From assembly GCA_021162505.1 (NCBI GenBank), contig JAGGYO010000291.1, positions 1 through 18,942 on the forward strand: 18,942 nt of DNA, read 5' to 3'. Shown here one piece after another: positions 5,946 through 13,797 of the stretch. The position numbers and the translations under genes were made by a program. Every line of letters starts with the position of its first letter. The first letter of the stretch is position 1. The notes beneath the pieces were generated by a model, which made no database searches, was not told the origin of the DNA, and was given only the letters and a program-made list of their open reading frames with translations. This stretch comes from a bacterium (lineage in GTDB: Bacteria; AUK180).

Positions 5946-8570
5946 TTGAAACTGCATTTTGACCCGAACCAAAAATTTCAGCTTGATGCAATAAATTCCA
6001 TTGTAAATATTTTTGAAGGGCAAATTTTAAGAAAAGGAATTTTTACACTATCAAATGAAAATGATCCCGAACTTTTTATTATAGAGTATATAAGTAATCG
6101 TCTAAATTTGGGTAAAGAACAAATATTGGAAAATGTTCAAAAAATTCAAAAGGAAAACGAATTACCCGCAATAAAAGAACTTGACGGAATGAATTTTTCC
6201 GTGGAAATGGAAACCGGAACGGGTAAAACCTATGTATATCTCAGAACAATTTATGAATTGAATAAAAAATACGGGTTTAAAAAATTTGTTATTGTTGTTC
6301 CATCAATTGCAATTAAAGAAGGAGTTCTTAAAAATCTGGAAATTACCTATGACCATTTTCAAAATCTCTATGACAATGAACCGGTAAATTATTATGTTTA
6401 TGATTCAAAAAAAGTTTCAATATTAAGGCAATTTGCTTCTGCAAACACAATTCAAATCCTTGTTATCAATATTGATTCATTTGCAAAAGATGAAAATATC
6501 ATAAATCGTTACAACGATAAACTTACAGGGAGAAAACCGCGAGAATTCGTAATCAATACACATCCTATTGTTATTGTGGATGAACCGCAAAATATGGAAA
6601 CGGAAAAACGAAAAAAGGCAATTAATAATTTGAATCCTCTTTGTACTTTGCGATATTCCGCCACTCATACCAATAAATATAATATGGTTTATTCTCTTAA
6701 TCCCGTGAGGGCTTATGATCTCGGATTAGTAAAACAAATTGAAGTGGACTCTATTATGACTGAAAATGACTTTAACGATGCTTATGTGGCACTTAAAAAT
6801 GTGAAAGCAACCCAAAGCCATATCTATGCAAATGTTTTTATTGATATAAAAACGGAAAATGGGATAAAGCGGAAGCTTGTTTCGGTTAAATCGGGTGATG
6901 ATCTTTATAAAAAATCTAATAAAAGGGAGATATATAAAAATGGTTATATTGTAAACGAAATTGATTCTGAAAATAAATATCTTGAATTTTCAAACGGGAA
7001 AAACCTAACATTGGGCAGCAATCTCGGTTCAAAAATCGATGATATAATGAAGGTTCAGATATACAAAACAGTTGAAGAGCACCTCTGGAAAGAAAAAAAA
7101 TATAGAGAGAAAGGTATTAAAATTTTGTCTCTTTTCTTTATAGACAAGGTTTCAAATTATCGTGATTATGATTCAACCGGAAATCCTGTGAAAGGAAAAA
7201 TTGCCCTATGGTTTGAAGAAATATTTACCGAACTTATCTCTCAAGAAAGATTTAAAAATATGAATTCTTTTGATGTAGAAAAAATACATAACGGTTATTT
7301 TTCACAGGACAAGAAAGGTGTATGGAAAGATACCATGGGAAACTCAAAGGCAGATGATAACACCTATAAATTAATAATGAAAGATAAAGAAAAGCTGTTG
7401 GATATTAATGAGCCGCTACAATTTATTTTCAGCCATTCCGCACTTCGTGAAGGCTGGGATAATCCCAATGTATTTCAAATATGTAATTTAAGGGAAATGT
7501 CAAGTGAAAGGGAAAAAAGACAAACCATAGGAAGAGGACTACGACTTCCCGTAAATCAAGATGGAATAAGAATTCAGGATAAAAATATTAATCGTCTTAC
7601 GGTAATTGCCAATGAATCCTACGAGGATTTCGCCAAACAATTACAAACACAAATAGAAGAAGAATGCGGTGTTTCATTTGGGGGCAGAATAAAAAATAAA
7701 CAAAATAGGGCAGTTGTTAAATATCGTAAAGGGTTTAAATTAGATGAAAATTTTCAGAGTATTTGGAATAGAATAAAGTATAAAATCAATTACAAAGTTA
7801 CATATAATACTGAAGATTTAATTGAAAAAGCGGCGAAAGCCGTCAAGGAAATGGGAAATGTGGAAAAAGCAAAAATATCAATTACAAGAGTTGGGATAAA
7901 TATTGAAGAAAACGGTGTGTCAACTGAAATAAAGTCATCGGGAACTAAAGAAATAGATGACAAACCAATTTTACCCGACATACTATTTTATATTGAGGAA
8001 AAAACAGAATTGACGCGTTCTACTATTATGAAAATATTAAAAAAAACGGGGAGAATTTCGGATATATTAATTAACCCGCAGGTATTTCTTGATAAAACCG
8101 TGGATGCGATAAAAAATGTTTTATATGATCTTATGATCGACGGTATAAAATATGAGAAAATTGGAAAAAAGGAATACGAAATGCGATTGTTTGAGGAGTA
8201 TGAAATACATGTAAATGATCTGACATTTAAAATAAATAAGAAGGATAAAACCATTTACGAAAATCTTGTTCCACTCGACTCTAATGTTGAATATGATTTT
8301 GCAAAGGAATGTGAAAGCAGAGATGATATAAAATTTTATTTTAAACTTCCTTTCTGGTTCAAAATTAGAACACCCATAGGAAATTATAATCCGGACTGGG
8401 CATTGATTAAGAAAAATGAAGAAACTATTTATTTTATTGCGGAAACAAAATCAGAGGGTGAGGAATTGAGGCAGAGTGAACAACAGAAAATCAAATGTGG
8501 GAAAGCTCATTTCAAAGAATTTAAAGATGTTAAATATAAAAGGATTGCTTCTGTAAAGGAACTTGATTAG
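5946..8570 (+). CDS. res: Type III restriction-modification system, Res subunit (SF2 helicase/ATPase plus C-terminal PD-ExK nuclease)
   Basis: 874 aa. Walker A is METGTGKT, motif II is IVIVDEPQN, and a C-terminal PD...E.K motif is NPDWALI...FIAETK. The only in-frame start after the frame stop at 5913 is TTG 5946, preceded by GGGAG (5934-5938). The first in-frame ATG would delete the conserved N-terminus. Confidence 0.85.
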   Translation: MKLHFDPNQKFQLDAINSIVNIFEGQILRKGIFTLSNENDPELFIIEYISNRLNLGKEQILENVQKIQKENELPAIKELDGMNFSVEMETGTGKTYVYLRTIYELNKKYGFKKFVIVVPSIAIKEGVLKNLEITYDHFQNLYDNEPVNYYVYDSKKVSILRQFASANTIQILVINIDSFAKDENIINRYNDKLTGRKPREFVINTHPIVIVDEPQNMETEKRKKAINNLNPLCTLRYSATHTNKYNMVYSLNPVRAYDLGLVKQIEVDSIMTENDFNDAYVALKNVKATQSHIYANVFIDIKTENGIKRKLVSVKSGDDLYKKSNKREIYKNGYIVNEIDSENKYLEFSNGKNLTLGSNLGSKIDDIMKVQIYKTVEEHLWKEKKYREKGIKILSLFFIDKVSNYRDYDSTGNPVKGKIALWFEEIFTELISQERFKNMNSFDVEKIHNGYFSQDKKGVWKDTMGNSKADDNTYKLIMKDKEKLLDINEPLQFIFSHSALREGWDNPNVFQICNLREMSSEREKRQTIGRGLRLPVNQDGIRIQDKNINRLTVIANESYEDFAKQLQTQIEEECGVSFGGRIKNKQNRAVVKYRKGFKLDENFQSIWNRIKYKINYKVTYNTEDLIEKAAKAVKEMGNVEKAKISITRVGINIEENGVSTEIKSSGTKEIDDKPILPDILFYIEEKTELTRSTIMKILKKTGRISDILINPQVFLDKTVDAIKNVLYDLMIDGIKYEKIGKKEYEMRLFEEYEIHVNDLTFKINKKDKTIYENLVPLDSNVEYDFAKECESRDDIKFYFKLPFWFKIRTPIGNYNPDWALIKKNEETIYFIAETKSEGEELRQSEQQKIKCGKAHFKEFKDVKYKRIASVKELD

Positions 8571-8607
8571 AAAATTAATTCTAAAAGATATATATTCCCG
8601 AAAATAA

Positions 8608-8636
8608 TTGACAGTAATTAGTAATTTTGTTATAAT
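8608..8636 (+). promoter_or_regulatory. consensus sigma70 promoter for the hydrolase/MdcA-like operon
   Basis: Exact TTGACA (8608-8613), a 17-nt spacer, then exact TATAAT (8631-8636). This leaves a roughly 65-nt leader before ATG 8710. Confidence 0.6.
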
Positions 8637-8709
8637 CTATCATGCAATTCAAATTATTTCAAATATTCACTTTCCAATCCAAGATCAAAAAAGTAGAGGA
8701 GTATTGCTT

Positions 8710-9606
8710 ATGAAAGAAGTTACCGTTGCCGGCGTACAAATTTCCGTTTATCCCAATAATATTGATAAAAATATAGAAAAAATTGTTCATTGGTATAAAA
8801 AATCGGTAAAAGAAACGAAAGCGAAATTAGTGGTCTTTCCGGAAACAGTAACTACCGGATTTTCGCCCGGGATGCCGTTAGAGAAATTCTATGAGGTTTT
8901 ACCTATGGATATTAAGAAAAAATTGAAACCAATAATGGAGATTAGTAAAAAAACAAAAACAAGTGTTATCATTCCAACTTACGAAAAAACAAATAAGAAA
9001 AATGTTATTTATAATAGTGCTTTTTTCATACGAAATGGTGAAATTGTGGGAAAGTATAGGAAAACGCATCTATTCCCCACAGAGAGAATTACAAGAGAAG
9101 GTGGCTGGTCAACATATGGAAATGATTATCCCGTATTTGATACGGATTTCGGTAAAGTCGGAATTATGATCTGTTATGATGGTGATTTTCCTGAAATCGC
9201 AAGAATATTAGCAATAAAAGGAGCCGAGATCATTGCAAGACCTTCTGCATTATTAAGAAGTTATGATATTTGGGAAATGACGAATAAGGCTCGTGCCTAT
9301 GATAATCATACTTATATTATTGCAGTAAATTCAGTAGGTCCCGATAATGAAAGCAATTATTTTTTCGGACATAGTATGATCGTGTCTCCAATTGCCAGAA
9401 AATTAGCATTAGCAAGGGGAAGTGAAGAGATCATTTATGCGAAACTCGATCCCAAGCCAATAAAAAAAGTCACTTACGGGTCAGATGCTCCTATGCTTTT
9501 TGACCACCTGGAAGATAGAAATATTGAATCCTACAAAAACTATCTTACAAAAAAGGCAAGATCGAATTTCGAACCGCATAAGCGGATAAAGGGAAAGAAA
9601 AAATGA
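8710..9606 (+). CDS. carbon-nitrogen hydrolase (nitrilase superfamily) family protein
   Basis: 298 aa. VAGVQISVYPNNIDKN...VVFPE is a typical N-terminus with the catalytic Glu region. The MICYDGDFPE segment carries the catalytic Cys of the CN_hydrolase fold. GAGGAG at 8696-8701 sits 8 nt before ATG 8710. The ORF track's 8608 start lies inside the promoter. Confidence 0.8.
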   Translation: MKEVTVAGVQISVYPNNIDKNIEKIVHWYKKSVKETKAKLVVFPETVTTGFSPGMPLEKFYEVLPMDIKKKLKPIMEISKKTKTSVIIPTYEKTNKKNVIYNSAFFIRNGEIVGKYRKTHLFPTERITREGGWSTYGNDYPVFDTDFGKVGIMICYDGDFPEIARILAIKGAEIIARPSALLRSYDIWEMTNKARAYDNHTYIIAVNSVGPDNESNYFFGHSMIVSPIARKLALARGSEEIIYAKLDPKPIKKVTYGSDAPMLFDHLEDRNIESYKNYLTKKARSNFEPHKRIKGKKK

Positions 9607-11228
9607 GATATGACAAAAAGAAAAATGAGTATTTAAAGCGTATTTCTCGGGGTAAAAAATTTACTATTAATGGAAGTAAATTTATTAAAAAAAGTGAAAC
9701 GGTAAAGTTCTTGGAAAGCGTTATTAAGTCGAAGGATAGGGTATGTTTAGAAGGAAATAACCAAAAACAGGCGGATTATCTTGCCAAAAAATTTGTAAAA
9801 ATAGATCCTAATAAGATCCATGATCTTCATATGGTTCAGTCATCACTAGTTTTGCCCGAACATATTGAATTATTTGAAAAAGGCATTGCCAAAAAATTGG
9901 ATTTTGCTTTTTCCGGACCTCAATCCAAAGCACTTTATAAGATCGTCAAAGAAAAAAAAGTTGAGATCGGAGCTATTCATACATACTTGGAACTCTTCGG
10001 AAGATATTTTATTGATCTTTATCCCAATGTTAGTTTAATTGCTGCTGATTATGCAGATGAGAAGGGAAACCTTTATACCGGCTTCAATACAGAAGAAACA
10101 CCAATTATAACAGAAGCCACAAAGTTCAATCAAGGTATTGTTATAGCACAGGTAAAAAAGAAAGTCAATAAATTACAAAGAGTGGACATTCCCGGTGATT
10201 GGGTCGATTTCATTATTGAAACAGGAAAAGATTGTTATGTGAAACCTCTTTTTACAAGGGATCCTGCTAATATAACCAATAAGCAAGTTTTAATGGCGAT
10301 GATGGTATTAAAGGGTATATATAAAAAATATGGTGTAAAGACCTTAAATCATGGCATAGGATATCCCACTGCTGCAATAGAATTAATTCTCCCTACTTAT
10401 GGCCAAGAAATCGGTATCAAGGGAAAGTGCTGTACACACTGGGCTTTGAACCCTCATCCTACAATGATCCCTGCGATTGAAGCGGGCTTTGTTGAACATA
10501 TCTATTCATTCGGAAACGAACCCGGTATGGAAGAATATATAAAAGCAAGAGGTGATATTTTCAGTATGGGTCCTGATGGTACAATGCGTTCAAGTAGAAG
10601 CAATGCTCATACTGCTGGATTATATGCCATTGATCTTTTTATCGGTGCAACCTTACAGATAGATAGATATGGAAATAGTTCCACAGCAATAAAAGGCATG
10701 ATCGCGGGCTTTGGCGGAGCACCTAATTTAGGTTCAACCCCCCCCGGAAGAAGACATTATACCAAGACCTTTAAAATGGCAGGTCATAAAGAAAATGATA
10801 TTATCTATGGTCGTAAACTTGTAGTCCAAATAACTCCAACCGTTAGTGAGAAGAAGGGAATTCCCGTATTTAAGAAAGAATTGGATGCAATGGAACTTTA
10901 TAAAGAGGGTTTTTTTAATGCCCCTCCTATTATGATCTCAGGTGACCAGGTCACACATATTGTAACAGAGAAGGGTATTGCTTATTTGGATAAATGCCGT
11001 GACATTGAAAGTAGAATGGCTGCTGTAGCTGCTATTGCAGGTGACACAGATGTTGGAAGATCAATTTCTAAAAAAGAGATTGCTAAACTGAGAGAAGAAA
11101 AGAAAGTACAAACACCCGAGGATCTTGGAATTGACAAGAAAAGAGCAAATAACAAATTACTGGCTGCGCGGTCCATAAAAGAACTCGAAAAATTATCCGG
11201 CGGATTGTACAAATGCCCAATATTGTAA
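9603..11228 (+). CDS. malonate decarboxylase alpha-subunit (MdcA)-like acyl-transferase, stand-alone
   Basis: 541 aa. From memory of MdcA sequences it resembles the MdcA family in size and in several motifs: RVCLEGNNQKQADYL, HTYLELFGRY, GFGGAPNLG, GRRH, KLVVQIT. ATG 9603 overlaps the hydrolase stop as ATGA. No mdcC/D/E genes are present in the window. Confidence 0.65.
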   Translation: MRYDKKKNEYLKRISRGKKFTINGSKFIKKSETVKFLESVIKSKDRVCLEGNNQKQADYLAKKFVKIDPNKIHDLHMVQSSLVLPEHIELFEKGIAKKLDFAFSGPQSKALYKIVKEKKVEIGAIHTYLELFGRYFIDLYPNVSLIAADYADEKGNLYTGFNTEETPIITEATKFNQGIVIAQVKKKVNKLQRVDIPGDWVDFIIETGKDCYVKPLFTRDPANITNKQVLMAMMVLKGIYKKYGVKTLNHGIGYPTAAIELILPTYGQEIGIKGKCCTHWALNPHPTMIPAIEAGFVEHIYSFGNEPGMEEYIKARGDIFSMGPDGTMRSSRSNAHTAGLYAIDLFIGATLQIDRYGNSSTAIKGMIAGFGGAPNLGSTPPGRRHYTKTFKMAGHKENDIIYGRKLVVQITPTVSEKKGIPVFKKELDAMELYKEGFFNAPPIMISGDQVTHIVTEKGIAYLDKCRDIESRMAAVAAIAGDTDVGRSISKKEIAKLREEKKVQTPEDLGIDKKRANNKLLAARSIKELEKLSGGLYKCPIL

Positions 11229-11229
11229 T

Positions 11230-11688
11230 ATGAACAATATTAATATAAAATGGTACTTAAATATTCCTCTCCTTGCGGCTCTGGCTTCTTGGACAATGGC
11301 TCAGACCATCAAACTTATAATGCTCATTTTCAAAAAGGGAAAATTTGATTTTAGTATATACTTTAGCACCGGAGGAATGCCTTCTGCTCATTCAGCAGTT
11401 GCAACCGGTCTTGCCACATCAATTGGATTATACTATGGTTTTGGTAGCGGACTTTTTGCACTTTCTACGATCTTTGCCTTTATTGTAATGTTCGATGCAC
11501 AAAGTGTCAGAAAATCAGTTGGAATGCAGGCAAAGATACTTAACCAGATAAGGGATGAAATTTTTGAGAAAAAGGAGTTCCACTTTGAGAAATTAAAAGA
11601 ATTATTGGGACATACCCGATTGGAAGTTTTTGCTGGGATGTTAGTGGGCATTACCGTGGGGTATATTTTTTATCTGTTCTTCAAATAG
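11230..11688 (+). CDS. divergent PAP2-family membrane protein (YuiD/DUF212-like)
   Basis: 152 aa and hydrophobic. GGMPSAHSAVATGLATSIG matches the divergent-PAP2 signature. The start is 1 nt after the MdcA-like stop. Confidence 0.75.
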   Translation: MNNINIKWYLNIPLLAALASWTMAQTIKLIMLIFKKGKFDFSIYFSTGGMPSAHSAVATGLATSIGLYYGFGSGLFALSTIFAFIVMFDAQSVRKSVGMQAKILNQIRDEIFEKKEFHFEKLKELLGHTRLEVFAGMLVGITVGYIFYLFFK

Positions 11689-11728
11689 CTCAAAGCCAAG
11701 ATCTAACAAAAAAAATACTTGCAATAAA

Positions 11729-12349
11729 TTGAATTTTTTAGTACAATTAGATATGGATAAATTTGGAAAATTTCTCTTTAAGTTAAGAAGTTATACACCG
11801 CTTCCGTTTATTTTGATATTACCTTTTATTTTTAATAGGAATTTAATCACTTTGACAATTGGTATATTATTAATACTCTTAGGCGAATGGATAAGAATAA
11901 TATCCGTGTCATTCATCGGTTCAATTTCCAGAACAAGAGGTAATTCAACGGGTAAAATGATTGATTCGGGACCATATAGATTAACTAGAAATCCCTTATA
12001 TTTGGGAAATTTTTTCATATTTTTAGGTTTTGTGTTAACATCTACTAATTGGATATTTATTGGAGCTGGAGTAATTTTATTTTTCTTTCAATATTTTTTT
12101 ATCGTAAAGTACGAAGAGACCATTCTACTAAAAAAATTTGGTAATGAGTATAAAAATTATAAAAATTCTACTCCGGCAATAATCCCAAATATGTCAAAAA
12201 TAAAAAGGGACGATTTTGAGGTGATGGAATTGAAAAAAGGAAAAAGATCCGAAAAAAGGACTGTCGTTGCAGTTATATTCTTTATAATCATACCAATTAT
12301 TTTATTCAGTTTTCCCATAAAAGAATTTCTTTTGGGATTGTTTAAATAA
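11729..12349 (+). CDS. isoprenylcysteine carboxyl methyltransferase / phospholipid methyltransferase (ICMT/PEMT) family membrane protein
   Basis: Multi-TM protein with an RLTRNPLYLG motif (the RHPxY class) and a C-terminal EE...G segment. The start is uncertain between ATG 11729 and ATG 11753, and no clear SD was found for either. Confidence 0.65.
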   Translation: MNFLVQLDMDKFGKFLFKLRSYTPLPFILILPFIFNRNLITLTIGILLILLGEWIRIISVSFIGSISRTRGNSTGKMIDSGPYRLTRNPLYLGNFFIFLGFVLTSTNWIFIGAGVILFFFQYFFIVKYEETILLKKFGNEYKNYKNSTPAIIPNMSKIKRDDFEVMELKKGKRSEKRTVVAVIFFIIIPIILFSFPIKEFLLGLFK

Positions 12350-12391
12350 TCTATTCAAAAATTCCAGGTTCAAGGTACAAATAAAAAAATA

Positions 12392-12415
12392 TAAAATGGA
12401 ATAACCACGGAGCAC
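12392..12415. repeat. second copy of the 24-bp dispersed repeat AAAATGGAATAACCACGGAGCACT
   Basis: See 2194-2217. Two degenerate ACCACAG(A)GCAC copies follow at 12547-12559 and 12576-12589. The first of these sits inside a 7-bp hairpin, CAGCACC-aagaa-GGTGCTG. Confidence 0.6.
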
Positions 12416-12609
12416 TGAAGGAAATTGACAATGGACAATTGAAAATTGACAGTTAGAAAAAAGCACAAAATTACTTTTAACTTTTGAACATTTCACCCCG
12501 CACCAGTTTTATGGTGCTGGGTAAACCTTTGAACCAAAAATTTATTAACCACAGCACCAAGAAGGTGCTGGATATACCACAGAGCACTGAGGGTATATTA
12601 TCTTACCTA

Positions 12610-12638
12610 TTGACTTTTGAGGTATTTTTTCACATAAT
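12610..12638 (+). promoter_or_regulatory. putative sigma70 promoter for the TonB-like gene
   Basis: TTGACT (12610-12615), a 17-nt spacer, then CATAAT (12633-12638). A roughly 95-nt leader follows, with hairpin ATAGGGA-n12-TCCCTAT (about 12650-12675) and AGGAGG at 12678-12683. Confidence 0.45.
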
Positions 12639-12739
12639 ATATAAGATAGATAGGGAGGTTGTATTAATTCCCTATATAGGAGGTTATTGCAAGCGTATTT
12701 AAAAAACTTAGGAAAGACCTTGCCCAGAGCAATGCTCAT

Positions 12740-13378
12740 TTGAACAAGGTTCGTGTTATTTCTGCTGTTTTGACAGTCCTTACACTTCTGTCGATTCTGT
12801 TTGCTTCTTCTTTATTTAAAGGCAAGATAATTTATCTTGACCCACCGCTGGTGAATACCGAAACTGGAACTATCATAAATATTCAAACGGATATCAAAAT
12901 TATCCCACCAAGACCTGATGAAACTACCACTACCGAAATAACAATAGATAGAAGGGGGCACAATCCCGTTCCTGTAGAGACCCTTCTTCCGCCCGAACAA
13001 ATAGAAGGTGGAAGCAATCATCCTGAACTTCCAACTGATATTACAAGTAACAGTGGAGACACGACTGAGGGTATATTTGTAGACATGAGCAACCCTTATT
13101 TGGTGAAAAAGATTATACCCGATTATCCAAATATTGCAACTGTAATGGGTCAAGAAGGAAGTGTGGAAATTGTTTGTACTGTAGAAAAGGATGGTAATGT
13201 TTCCCATGTACGGATAAGTAAGAGTTCAGGATATGATTCTCTTGATGCTGCTGCCAGAAATGCTGCAAGAGTAAGTAAATTTATTCCTGCAATGCAAAGC
13301 GGTAATCCTACTGTAGTTGAAGTGATCCTGACATTTAAATTTGAATTATCCGGAAATATACAGGTTACAGACGAATAA
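12740..13378 (+). CDS. TonB C-terminal domain (energy transducer TonB family) protein
   Basis: An N-terminal TM anchor is followed by a Pro/Thr/Glu-rich spacer. The C-terminal domain reads YPNIATVMGQEGSVEIVCTVEKDGNV...SSGYDSLDAAARNAA...FIPA, a classic TonB_C pattern. The start is TTG with a weak SD, so the start codon is uncertain. Confidence 0.7.
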   Translation: MNKVRVISAVLTVLTLLSILFASSLFKGKIIYLDPPLVNTETGTIINIQTDIKIIPPRPDETTTTEITIDRRGHNPVPVETLLPPEQIEGGSNHPELPTDITSNSGDTTEGIFVDMSNPYLVKKIIPDYPNIATVMGQEGSVEIVCTVEKDGNVSHVRISKSSGYDSLDAAARNAARVSKFIPAMQSGNPTVVEVILTFKFELSGNIQVTDE

Positions 13379-13397
13379 GGTCCAATAATTAGTCCAA

Positions 13398-13413
13398 AGT
13401 CAAAGTTCGAAAG
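13398..13413. repeat. copy 2 of the AGTCAAAG(T)TCGAAAG motif
   Basis: AGTCAAAGTTCGAAAG lies 20 nt after the TAA of the TonB-like gene. Compare 2164-2180 and 13525-13540. Confidence 0.45.
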
Positions 13414-13524
13414 TGACGAAGACAGGGACAAAGTCCCACATTAGGGACGATATTTTGAACGAAGTAAAAGATGCGTCCTGATACTTTATGATTTGAGAAT
13501 GTTCCCATAGGGATTTCCAGAATT

Positions 13525-13540
13525 AGTCAAAAGTCGAAAG
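13525..13540. repeat. copy 3 of the AGTCAAA(A)GTCGAAAG motif
   Basis: AGTCAAAAGTCGAAAG is seen directly in the sequence. Confidence 0.45.
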
Positions 13541-13757
13541 AGGTATTAAGTATTTCGTGCTAAGTAGTAGGTTTAATAAGTTAAAATTCCATTTATTTTT
13601 CACCGAATACTAAATACTGAATACTGTTTTTTAACTCTCAACCCTCAACTGTATTAATGACTCTCAATTGTTTATCCAGCCTCTTTATAAGGGGTTGGGG
13701 TCCATTGTTAATTGCTTTTAGAATAGAGAAGAGAACAAAAAATGAATATGTTCTGAA

Positions 13758-13797
13758 CAAAAAAAATGGTGCTGAAAAACAAATTTCAACACCATTA
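13758..13797 (-). terminator. rho-independent terminator for the minus-strand RRM gene
   Basis: On the minus strand, a 13-bp stem with one mismatch (AATGGTGTTGAAA / TTTCAGCACCATT, plus coordinates 13766-13797) around a 6-nt loop. A T8 run follows, the complement of A8 at 13758-13765. Confidence 0.65.

Noticed and set aside
5916-5947. TTTACA-17-TACAAT as a res-specific promoter
   Set aside because: The -10 would overlap the res TTG start codon itself, placing the TSS inside the ORF. This is more likely chance similarity, and res is probably read through from the mod promoter.
4664-5962. TGA recoding (genetic code 4/25), suggested because the fic frame stays open after its TGA
   Set aside because: Other well-formed genes here, such as the C-N hydrolase, also end cleanly with TGA. 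The hydrolase TGA sits inside an ATGA coupling overlap with the next gene. No conserved protein contains an internal TGA, so the standard code (table 11) fits.
12484-12739. Overlapping 72-aa (+) and 64-aa (-) ORFs between the methyltransferase and the TonB-like gene
   Set aside because: They are mutually antisense, span the dispersed-repeat copies and the predicted promoter, and have no SD or recognisable domain. Coding is unlikely.
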